A stretch of 64,000 bases of DNA, taken from the NCBI RefSeq assembly GCF_963921235.1, contig NC_086121.1, positions 30,752,001 through 30,816,000 of the forward strand, given 5' to 3'. The DNA is from Mobula hypostoma (lineage: Eukaryota). Below are positions 36,730-47,341 of the stretch, piece after piece. The notes beneath the pieces are model-generated. The model had not been told where the DNA came from. It made no database searches and worked only from the letters and a program-made list of their open reading frames with translations. The translations under genes and the position numbers were made by a program. Each line of letters starts with the position of its first letter. Position 1 is the stretch's first letter.

Positions 36730-37970
36730 GGGAGGAGAAGATAGCAGCACGACGCAACGCGCGTAGCTCTCCGGTGAAATGATATCGTATTTAGAAACAT
36801 ATAGAAACATAGAAAATAGGTGCAGGAGTAGGCCATTCGGCCCTTCGAGCCTGCACCGCCATTTATTATGATCATGGCTGATCATCCAACTCAGTACCCC
36901 GCTCCAGCCTTCCCTCCATATCCCCTGATCCCCGTAGCCACAAGGGCCATATCTAACTCCCTCTTAAATATAGCCAATGAACTGGCCTCAACTGTTTCCT
37001 GTGGCAGAGAATTCCACAGATTCACCACTCTCTGTGTGAAGAAGTTTTTCCTAATCTCAGTCCTAAAAGGCTTCCCCTTTATCCTCAATCTGTGGCCCCT
37101 CGTTCTGGACTTCCCCAACATCGGGAACAATCTTCCTGCATCTAGCCTGTCCAATCCCTTTAGGATTTTATACGTTTCAATCAGATCCCCCCCTCAATCT
37201 TCTAAATTCCAACGAGTACAAGCCCAGTTCATCCAATCTTTCTTCATATGAAAGTCCTGCCATCCCAGGAATCAATCTGGTGAACCTTCTTTGTACTCCC
37301 TCTATGGCAAGGATGTCTTTCCTCAGACTAGGGGACCAAAACTGCACACAATACTCCAGGTGTGGTCTCACCAAGGCCTTGTACAACTGCAGTAGTACCT
37401 CCCTGCTCCTGTACTCGAATCCTCTGATTTGATGGAGACAGACATGAGAAGCAGAGGAACATCCGGAGAAATTTCTGAAATGCCCGGTTTGCTGCCGCTG
37501 CTACTGTGCGATCGAGAATCCCCGGAGGGAAGGCCCCAAAATCCCCGGCTTTGCCTACTGCTGGCGACCGAGGCTGAGGTCGAAGCGTTCGGCAGAGATG
37601 GTGCTCGGTACTCGGTGTCGGAGGGCTGATCAGAGCTGGAAGTTTTTGGACGACTCAGAGTCAGACTGTGGTCGGGCATGGCAGGGAGAGTTTTCTTCCT
37701 TCTCCCGTCTGTGTGAGATGTGGGACTTTTGAGAGACTTTGAACTTTTTTACTGTGCCATGGCCTGTTCTTCATCAAGTTATGGTATTGTTGCACTGTTG
37801 CAACTATATGTTATAATTTTATGGTTTTTGTTAGTTTTTCAGTCTTGGTCTGTCCTGTGTTTCTGTGATATCACACCAGAGGAATATTGTATCATTTCTT
37901 AATGCATGCATTACTAAATGACAATAAAAGAGGACTGCGTGTCCTCATAATCTAACATAATCTAATCTAA
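36730..37970 (+). mobile_element. Family C element, full length, interrupted by a CR1
   Basis: 5' end at 36730-36792; body resumes at 37424; hairpin 37930-37946; tail ATAATCTAATCTAA. Confidence 0.9.
36792..37425 (-). mobile_element. Young CR1 3' fragment
   Basis: [32 protein letters not shown] and DRLDAGRLFPMLGKSRTRGHRL..FFTQRVVNLWNSLP; one frameshift in a G run; (CTATGTTT)n tail. Confidence 0.95.
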
Positions 37971-38539
37971 GTGAGCAGAGCACCCAGTAAGGTTCCAAAT
38001 CAAGCAGGCCAGTGGGTTGCCATGTTAAATCATATGTCTCTTGTTGGCTAGACGTTCCTAGTGTCTTTATACAATCCATTACCACAAAGCAGTTTTCCCT
38101 TACTGCCTGCACATCTTTAAGGGGTTAGGTCACTTCTAGGTTGGGAAAAGGTCATGTTATATTGACGGTAAATGGATTAACAATAAATTTATGTGTGCTT
38201 CATGGGATCTGCTGAAATGTTTTATCCTTTGTCTTTGCCCTTACATTAGATTATGTACTTGTTGGGTAGGGTGCGGGGAATCCAGGTAAGATGAGCCACT
38301 GCTTAACTTATTGTATATTAGAGCATCAATAAAGAGTTAGTTTAGTAAATGCACTCAGGTCCCTCTGAACACATTGGACAGCATTGGACATCAACACACA
38401 GTCTTGGTGGAACTGTAGGAGATTGGCATTCTCAAAGGAACAACTGGTGTGCACAAGGAGATCTAAAAGATTCACGGCACTGACCGAAAGGAGCCAAAAG
38501 TTATCTTGACAACACAGAAGTAAGAGAACATATTCTCTG

Positions 38540-38682
38540 CTCATTTATTTCCTGCTTATGTGCACATTGGTTATAAGATTAGCTTTAATGGTCACAATGA
38601 CGCCATCATTAAAAGGTTGGAAAATGCTTTAGGACATTCCCAGGATGAGGTAAGTCATTGTATAGTGCCAACATTGTCTTTC
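38540..38682 (+). mobile_element. Old Deu-domain SINE 3' fragment
   Basis: AAATGCTTTAGGACATTCCCAGGATGAGG...GTCTTTC. Confidence 0.4.
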
Positions 38683-40041
38683 CCAGCCCTGCCTTGAAAT
38701 ACATGGAATTCCAATATTAATGATATGACCAGGGAACCGATGCTCTGAAAAACATACCTTAACAATATATGATGCATCTGACATCACACAGTAGGTTAAT
38801 AATGTGTAAAGGCATTCAGCTGAAATTCATCCTTCCACATTTTATCAGAGGCATTAACATGATCCTCACGAGAAATACCTTGTAATTATATTCTGAACTG
38901 CGATGTTTATCTGATAGTTACTGATTCACCTCTTTGACAATACTGTTGATACTTCATTAAGTTTTATTCACGTTCTGAAGTGAATATTTTAACGAATAAC
39001 CAGTGAAGCTGGCAGGTTTATGGGCATCATCCTTCGTTGCTCTCTCTACAATATTTTACTTTCGATCTAATTGGTGCTCCTTTCATGGCTGTCCTCGCAG
39101 AAAGAGATAGCTGAACCAGTACCCCCACAGGCTAGAAGCACTCATTATATCGATCCCAGTAAAGGGCCTCAACCCCAAGCTTCAGGGAGCAGTCTTGCTC
39201 CACTTGGGTGCAATTCCAATATGAATACTTGCCATTTTTGTGGCCTCTCTAAATATGATTGCCAACTTGATGTCAATTAATACTGAATTATGGGCAGTTT
39301 CAGAGATGGATCTACACCCACACAACCACCCCAAACACAGTTCAATTCAGATCCTTACAGCCAGTAGACAGAGCAGAGTCTTCCACAAATCAGTCTAGCC
39401 GCGATTCAAAGCCAAGAGCCTGAGCCATGAGGGCAGTGTTCCAACCCACCAAGTCACCCAACCCCTCATAATTTTCCTTCCCAACTTTCTACACTGAAGG
39501 CATTTTTTTTTCAATACTTGCAAGCAAAATGCACACTAGATTTGAAAAAGTTCCCGACTCCTGGAAAATGGTTGTAAGCTAAAGCTTGTTTTCTTCGGAC
39601 TCGACAGCAGGGAACTGTCCAGTGTGACGGAATTGGGAAAAGTCCGTAGAATGCAAGGGGATGATTGAACGTGGTGAAGAAAGCATGACAGGCAGTGGGG
39701 AAATGATCCGAGAAAGCATTCCGTTGACCGCCCCTGTGCCAGTAGCAGCTGTTCTGCACCCGTCCCTCTCATCACAGTTTAATACATTTAATGTTATTTT
39801 AAATCTCCCTTTTTTTTTCAGTCACCTCCATCTGCTCTGGAGGTTGCAATGGCCCTTTTGTTGAGCCTCATTTAGTGTTTTTGTTCAAACAACAGAGAGG
39901 GGAAACTCCGATGAATGCCTTTTGTATAGAATTACAGAGAGTTCCTCTGCAGGGACAGGCTATTCGGCCCTACTGCACTGTAATACTCCTCTCCGACTTC
40001 CAACTGTCAAGCATCTACATTCATAGTGAAATCTCAAAATA

Positions 40042-40581
40042 GACTCAGTGGCCACTTTATTAGGTGAGGAGATATCTGATAAAGTGGCTCCTGAGTGCAT
40101 TTCTGTATATCTGTGGTCTTCTGATGCTGTAGCCCATTTACTTCAAGGTTTGACGTGTTCGAGCGATGCTCTTCTGCACACCACTGTTGTGATGCATGGT
40201 TATCTTTCTGCCATCTTGAACCAACCTGGCTGTTCTCGCTCTGGCCTCTCTCATTAACAAGGTGTTTTCACTCAGAGGGCTGCCAGTCACTGGACACTCT
40301 TTTGTTTATTGCCCCATTCACTGTAAACTCTAGAGGGCAGTGCGTGAAAATCCCAGGAGGTCAGTATTTTCTGAGACACTCTAACCATCCTGTCTGAACC
40401 AGCAATCATTCTATGGTCAAAGTCACATAGATCCTATTTCTTCACCATTCTTTCCAAGCAACAACTGAATCTCTTGACCACGTATGCATGTTTTTATGCA
40501 ATGAGTTGCTGCCACGTGATTAGCTAAATAGATATTTGTATTAATGAGCAGGTGTACGGGGTACCAAACAAAGTGACACTG
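40042..40581. mobile_element. Tc1/mariner-type non-autonomous DNA transposon
   Basis: TA + (C)ACTCAGTGGCCACTTTATTAGG left TIR; right end GGTACCAAACAAAGTGACACTG; internal inverted copy ATAAAGTGGCTCCTGAGTG. Confidence 0.8.
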
Positions 40582-40749
40582 TCCTCTTTGATACTCTAAC
40601 CCAGTAAATCCTTGAATAATAATAATCCTAAACAGTGTTTGATTCCTCCCAGTAGCATGCTATTAACTGGTTAGAATATATAGTCTTAAAATTACAATCA
40701 CTTCCCTTCTCGCTGGGCCCTAATAGTATCTCAGGTTCTTATAAATCAA

Positions 40750-41635
40750 TGGCAAAATTGACTGCTCTAAAACTTGTGAATAATTTATGTTCAATTTATG
40801 TTTCTTGTGAATATTTATGTTTTATGTTTCTCGTGAAGGAGGGGAGGAGAAGATGGCGGCGCGACGCAGCGCACGCGGCCGCTCCAAATGATATCGTATT
40901 TGTGAAGTAGGATGCTGTGCACAATCCTGATTTGATGGAGACAGCCGTGAAGAAGCACGGAGGAACATCTGGAGAAACTTCTGAAATGCCTGTTTCGCAG
41001 CCGCTGCTACTGTGCGATTGAGAATCTCCGGAGGGGAAGGCCCCAAATCCTCGGCTTTGCCTATTGCTTGTTGCCGGGGCTGGGGTCGAAGCGCTCGGCA
41101 GAGTTGGTGCTCGGTGCTCAGTGTCGGAGGGGTGGTCGGAGGCTCGAAGTTTTCAGACGGACTCAGAATCGGACTGTGGTTGGGGTGCTTCCAGGATGCT
41201 GCATCGGCAAGTTTGCGGCGCTGGAAGCTCATGGCAGGGAGCTTCTCCCTTCAACTGTCTGCGTGAGATAATGGGATTTTCGAGAGACTTTGAGACTTTT
41301 TTTTACGTGCCCATGGTCTGTTCTTCATCAAATTGTTTTGCACTGTTGTAACTATATGTTATAATTATGTGGTTTCTGTCAGTTTTTTCAGTCTTGGTTT
41401 GTCTTGTGTTTCTGTGATATCATTCTGGAGGAACAAATTGTATCATTTCTTAGTGCATGCATTACTAAATGACAATAAAAGAGGACTGCGTGTCCTCCTA
41501 ATCTAATAATCTAATCTAATATTGTTTATATGCTGCTTTGGGCTTGTGATCCTGCTGCTACAAAGTTTTTCATTCCACCTGTGCATACAGGTACTTGCAT
41601 ATATGACAATAAACTCAACTTTGACTTGAACTTTG
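40750..41635 (+). mobile_element. Rex-type 3' tail split by a family C element
   Basis: TTTCTCGTGAA | TATTGTTTATATG continuity across the insertion; tail ATGACAATAAACTCAACTTTGACTTGAACTTTG. Confidence 0.6.
40838..41520 (+). mobile_element. Family C element, full length
   Basis: GGAGGGGAGGAGAAGATGGCGGCG start; hairpin 41481-41497; (AATCT)n tail. Confidence 0.9.
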
Positions 41636-41767
41636 ATGTGTGGTTAAGTTACTAGATTAGTATGTCACAAACACGAGAAATTCTGATGATGCTGAAGGTG
41701 CAAAGCAGCACACACAAAATGCTGGGGGATCTCTGCAGGCCAGGCAGCATCTACGGAGAAGAGTAAA

Positions 41768-41805
41768 CGGTCGACGTTTGGGGCTGAGACCCTTCATCAG
41801 GACTG
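41768..41805 (-). ncRNA. Minimal type I hammerhead ribozyme motif in the PLE terminus (G12 mutated)
   Basis: Minus strand CAGTC-CTGATGA-AGGGTCTCAGCCC-CAAA-CGTC-GACCG. Confidence 0.6.
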
Positions 41806-42299
41806 GAAAAAAAAAGACGAGAAGACAGAGTAAGAAGGTAGGGGGAGTGGAGGAAGAAGTACAAGGTGGTAGGTGATAGGTGAACCAGGAAGCGGGGGGG
41901 GGAATGGCTGAAGTAAAGAGCTGGGAGTGTGATTGGCAGAAGAGGTGGAAATCCATGGAAGAAAGGGAAGAGGGAGAAGTACCAGAGGGAGGTGATGAGC
42001 AGGTAAGGAAATAAGGTGAGAGAGGGCAATGGGAATGGGGAATGGGGAAGGAGGGGGAAGAGGCATTTCCTGGAAGTTTGAGAAATCAATGGAAATCGAT
42101 GTTCATGCCATCAGGTTGGAGGCTAAGCTGACGGATTATAAGATGTTGCTCCTCTAACCTGAATGTGGTCTCATTGCAACAGTAGAGTATGAAATATACT
42201 CTGGATATAGCCTGGATGCATGATTTGCATATCACCAGAGAATTTAAATTGAACTAGTTAAATAAAATTTATAACATTGAGACAGAAGACCAATCTCAG

Positions 42300-42990
42300 T
42301 AGTGGCAATTACTGAAGATGTGAAATTATTGGACTATTGTGCCAAATCTGGGAGGTGTTGCATTTTTAGAAGTCAAACATAAGGGGAAAATATACAATAA
42401 ATCGCAGGACCATTAGGAGTATGGAAGTCAGAGGCACCTTGGAGACCAAGTCTACAGCTCCCTCCAAAAGTAGCAATGCAAGTAAATAGGCTGGTTTAAA
42501 AAGGCATGCGGCATGTTTCCCAGAGTTCAGAGCACTGAGCATTAATTAGGCAGTTGTGCACAGATGTATAAATCTTTGTTAAGCCACGTTGGCTTTTGTG
42601 TTGAGTTCTGGTCACCCCATTGCAGGAAGGATATGAAGACTTAGAAGAAGGTGCTTAAGGAGTTCACCAGCTTGTTCCCTGGATTGGATCTCACTTTAAT
42701 TTTGTTATCTCATGTACTTGTTATTTATTTCTATTTATTTATATTTTTATTTGCATAGTTTATTGTCTTCTGCCTGCTGGTTGAACTTTCATTCATCCTG
42801 TATAGGTACTATTCTATAGATTGGCTGCATATGCCCACAGGGAAATTAATCGCAAGGTTGCATATGATGTCATTTATGTACTTTGATAATAAAATTGACT
42901 TTGATTTTGACTTTTACTTTTAGCTATAAGGAGAGGGAGGACAAACTTGAGTTGCTTTCTCTTGAGCATCAGAGGCTGTTCTATGTTCTT
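42300..42990 (+). mobile_element. Degraded CR1 fragment containing a Rex-type tail (42690-42920)
   Basis: CR1 remnants (GTTCTGGTCACCCCATTGCAGGAAGGAT; AGCTATAAGGAGAGG) flank a CTTTGATAATAAAATTGACTTTG tail. Confidence 0.7.
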
Positions 42991-44117
42991 TGTTCCAATC
43001 CTAAATCCAAGCCAATATGTTACCCCTGGTAAAAGTTCAGTCATTTTGTTAACTAGACAGCTGACTAATAAGGCAGAGGGGAAATTTGAGTATCACCTCA
43101 CCTGGGAGGACTGTTTGGGGCCCTGAGTGGTAGTAAGGAGGAGGTGTAGGGCAGATGTAGCACTTGTTCCGCATGCAAGGATAAATGTCAGGAGGGAGAT
43201 CAGTGGGTAGGGACGAATGGACAAGAGAGTTGCATAGGGAGCAAATCCTGTAGAAAGCAGAAAGTGCAGGGGACGGAAAGATGTGCTTACTGGAGGTGGC
43301 AGAAGTTATGGAGAATTATGTGCTGGAAGCGGAGGATGGTGGGGTGGTAGCTGAGGACAAGAGGAACCCCATCCTTGGTGGGGTGGTGGTGGATGGGGTG
43401 AGGACAGACAAGCGCGAAATGGAAGAGATTTGGCTGAGGGCAGCGTTGATGGTGGAGGAAGTGAAGCCCCTTTCTTTGAAGAGGGAGGACATCTCCTTCA
43501 TTCTGGAATGAAAAGTCTCATCCTGAGAGCAGATGCAGCAGATACAGAATTGAGAGGAAAGGATGGCATTTTTACAAGTAACCGGGTGGGAGGAGGTATA
43601 GTCCAGGTAGCTGTGAGAGTCTGTGGGTTTATTGTAGACATCAGTAGATAAGCTGTCTCCAGAGACAGAGGCAGAGAAATTGAGATAGGGGAAGGAGATG
43701 TTGGAAATGGACCAGATAAATTTGAGGGTGGGGTGGAAGTCAGGGGAAAAGTTGATGAAGTGAACAAGCTCTGCATAAGTGCAGGAAGCAGCACCAACGC
43801 AGTCATCGATGTAGCATTGGAAAAGGTGGGAGCGACACCAGTGTAGGCTTGGAACATGGGCTGTTCCACATAGCCGACAGAAAGACAGGCATAGCTGGGT
43901 CCCACGCGAGTACACTGAGTACACCCTTTGAAGGAAGTGGGAGGAGGCAGAGGAGAAGTTATTGAGAGTGAGGACAAGTTCCGCCGGATGAAGGAGAGTG
44001 GTTGTAGAGGGGAGCTGGTTGGGTCTGGTGTCCAGAAAGAAGCAGAGAGCTTTGAGGCCTTCCTTCTGGGCGATGGAGTTGTAAGATGCTTGGGGCCAGG
44101 GAACTTGAAATAATTGA

Positions 44118-44688
44118 CTTCACTAAGTGTATGGGACATGTCACACAGAAATTAGACGAAGAATTGAGATTGCAAGATCAACGTTCTGGAGCCTGAGTGA
44201 CGTACTGTGTGGCAAGAGGTTGGACTTTGGGCTGTGTCGTAGAATTTGGAAATGCTACGTCTGGAGCAGTCTATTGTATGGAGTCGAGTCGTGGTCCTTA
44301 TGCAAGGAAGCGCTACGATGCCTGGAGGCATTTGAAAAGTGGTGTTTAAGGAGAATGCAGAAAATTAGATGGGTGATGAAGGTCAGTAATATGGAAGTGT
44401 TGGAGAGAGCGAGGAGAGAAAAGAAGTTGCTGAAGAATGTGCAGAAAAGGAAGCTGGAATATGCCGGGCACTTGTTAAGAGGTGGTGGACTGCAGAAATT
44501 GTTATTGGAAGGGATGATAGAAGGAAAGAGGGAAAGAGGAAGGCAGCGAACCACTTGGTACGATAATGTGAGGCAATGAACTGGGTTGAGTTATGCTGAG
44601 GCCAGAAAAAGAGCGCAAGATCGAAGAAGATGGAGGTGCATAGCCGCCAGCCCCGGATTCTGGATGGCACCCACTGACTGACTGACTG
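44118..44688 (+). mobile_element. RTE-clade LINE 3' fragment with an open C-terminal frame
   Basis: EIRRRIEIARSTF, CYVWSSLLYGVESWSL, LEAFEKWCLRRM, YAGHLLR, IEGKRERGRQRTTW; (GACT)n tail. Confidence 0.92.
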
Positions 44689-45288
44689 AAGCACCTACGC
44701 CCCATCCTCCAGAAAAATCGGAATCACCCAGAGGACACTTATTTTAATTCTACTTCCCATTCCCATTCCGATATGTCTCCATGACCTCCTCTACTGTTGC
44801 AATAAAGCCACACTCAGGATGGAGGAACACCACCTAATATTCCACCTGGGTAGCCTTCAACCTGATGGCATGAACATCGATTTCTCCAACTTCCGGTAAT
44901 GTCCCTCCCCTTTCACCACTCGCCGCTCCCCTTTTCCCTCTCTCACCTTGTCTCCTTACCTGCCCATCACCTCCCTCTGGTGCTCCTGCCCCTTTTCTTT
45001 CTTTCGTGACCTTCTGTCCTCTCTTATTTGGTTTCCCCCTTCTCCAGCCCTGTATCTCTTTCACCTATCAGCTTCCCAACTCTTTACTTCACCCCTCCCT
45101 TGTCCTGGTTTCACCTGTCAGCTTGTGTTTCTTCCCCTCCTCCCCCCACCTTCTAATTCTCCCTCAACTTTCTTTTTCTCCAGTCCTGATAAAGGGTCTC
45201 GGCCCGAAACATCGACTGTACTCTTTTCCATAGATGCTACCTGGCCCGCTTTGGATTTCCAGCATCTGCAGATTTTCTCCTGTGTGTG
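44689..45288 (+). mobile_element. PLE 3' region/pLTR, inverted relative to 41667-44117
   Basis: GIY-YIG C-terminal remnant and terminus matching 41667-42183 in reverse complement. Confidence 0.85.
45181..45218 (+). ncRNA. Minimal hammerhead ribozyme motif (G8 mutated)
   Basis: CAGTC-CTGATAA-AGGGTCTCGGCCC-GAAA-CATC-GACTG; perfect helix I. Confidence 0.6.
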
Positions 45289-45467
45289 ACTGAACCCATG
45301 AAGTACCTCGCTACATCTTTTGCACCACTTATTTAATTTAACTTTTTAATACATATATATACATACTGTATTTGACAGTTTTTAATATGATGTATTGCAA
45401 TGTACTGCTGACGCATAACAACAAATTTCACGCATATGCTAGTGATATTAAACCTGATTCTGATTCA
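45289..45467 (+). mobile_element. Rex1 3'UTR fragment
   Basis: TGAACCCATGAA...GATATTAAACCTGATTCTGATTC, same as 16590-16791. Confidence 0.8.
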
Positions 45468-45967
45468 CGATAAACTATTTTGGAAAGTTTCCTGAAATAT
45501 TTCGGCTTCCAACAGCAATCTCCAGCCACTGGTCTCTATTTCCAGAGGTTACCTGGTCAAGAGTCAGCTAGTGAAATCCAGTGCATTCCCCTTAATATAA
45601 CAGGGGACTTGTCACAGTTACAATCCTGGCAATCTTCCAGACCAATTGCATTACACAACTTCTTTGCCAAGATAAAGTTCTGCACTACCTTCAGACCCTT
45701 GACTTGGCTACCTTGAAAACTCTTCCGCACACAAAGTTTTTAGTTTATCTACTGTGTATTTCACAACTTTAAGATGTTGCACAGCTCTTTTACACAGATA
45801 AGGTGATTTTGAACAGTAATGCTGGAAATTCAGGAGCCAAGTTCAACAGAGGAAGTTCCCCCTATGTGCTAATGATAAGGTAATCTGTTTGATTGATCAT
45901 AGCTGAGAGATAAATATTCACATGGGCACAAAGAAGTTGCTTTACCACACAGACATCTCTAGTTCAA

Positions 45968-46222
45968 GATCACAAATCTGCAGATGCTAGAAATCTGAGC
46001 AACACACACAAAATGCTGGAGGAACTCAGCAGGCCAGGCAGCATCCATGGAAAAAAGTACAGTCGACGTTTTTGGCCGAAACCCTTCGGCAGGACTAGAG
46101 AGAAAAAGCTGAGGAATAGATTTGAAAGGTCGGGGAAGGGAGAGAGAAACGGCAGGCAATAGGTGAAATGTAAGGGAGGGCTGAAGCAAAGAACTAGGAA
46201 GTTGATTGGTGAAAGAGACACA
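45968..46222 (-). mobile_element. PLE terminal fragment
   Basis: AATCTGCAGATGCT...CAGGCAGCATC terminus; hammerhead remnant at 46060-46097. Confidence 0.85.
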
Positions 46223-47341
46223 AGATCTGCAGCTGGATCTTCAACTTCCTCACAGACAGGACCCAGGCTGTAAAAATAGGGGACAAGCTCTCCTCTACAA
46301 TCACTCTGAGGACCGGTGCCCCACAAGGCTGTGTACTCAGCCCCCTGCTGTACTCACTGTACACCCATGATTGTGCAGCCAAGTTTCCATCAAACTCAAT
46401 ACGTAAGTTTGCTGATCACACAACAATTGTAGGTCATATCTCGGGTAATGATGAGTTTGAGTACAGAGAGGAAATTAAGAACCTGGTGGCATGGTGAAAA
46501 GACAATAACCTATCCCTCAACGTCAGCAAGATAAAGGAATTGGTTGTTGACTTCAGAAGGAGTAGCAGACCGCACGACCCAATTTACATCGGTGGTGTGC
46601 AAGTGGAACAGGTCAAAAGCTTTAAGTTCCTCGGGGTCAATATCACAAATGACCTGACTTGGTCCAACCAAGCAGGGTTACCTGCCAAGAAGGCCCACCA
46701 GCGCCTTTACTTCCTGAGAAAACTAAAGAAATTTGGCCTGTCCCCTAAAACCCTCACTAATTTTTATAGATGCACCGTAGAAAGCATTCTTCTAGGGTGC
46801 ATCACAACCTGGTATGGAAGTTGTTCTGTCCAAGACCAAAAGAAGCTGCAGAAGATCATGAACATGGCACAGCACATCACACAAACCAATCTTCCGTCCT
46901 TGGACTCAGTTTACACCGCACGCTGTCGGAGCAGTGCTACCAGAATAATCAAGGACATGACCCACCCAGCCAACACACTTATCGTCTCTCTTCCCTCCGG
47001 GAGAAGGCTCAGGAGCTTGAAGACTCGTATGGCCAGATTTGGAAACAGCTTCTTTCCAACTGTGATAAGACTGCTGAACGGATCCTGACCCGGATCTGGG
47101 CCGTACCCTCCAAATATCCGGACCTGCCTCTCGGTTTTTTTTCACTACCTTACTTTCCATTTTTCTATTTTCTATTTATGATTTATAATTTAATTTTTCA
47201 ATATTTATTAATTTTTACTATTTTATTATTGTTAATATTTAATATTGGTAATCCAGGGAGTGGGAAGTGCAGAATCAAATATCGTTGTGATGATTGTACG
47301 TTCTAGTATTAATTGTTTGGCAACAATAAAGTATAAAGTAT
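46223..47341 (+). mobile_element. Young Rex1/Babar LINE, 5'-truncated (RT C-terminal half)
   Basis: [39 protein letters not shown] (catalytic D>H), VVDFRR, KKAHQRLYFLRKL, FYRCTVESIL, LPSGRRL, NSFFPTVIRLLN; AATAAAGTATAAAGTA tail. Confidence 0.95.

Larger units (their letters stand above)
41667..44117 (-). mobile_element. Penelope-like element (RT plus pLTR; 41667-42183 and 43095-44117) interrupted by other repeats
   Basis: RT motifs YIDDCVG, LKFIWSIS, VYNKPTDSHSYLDYTSSHP; terminus with a hammerhead motif at 41768-41805. Confidence 0.9.

Noticed and set aside
46540-47088. ALKBH8-N/DUF1891-like protein gene
   Set aside because: This is the Rex1/Babar ORF2 C-terminus, with upstream RT motifs, a stop and a LINE tail.
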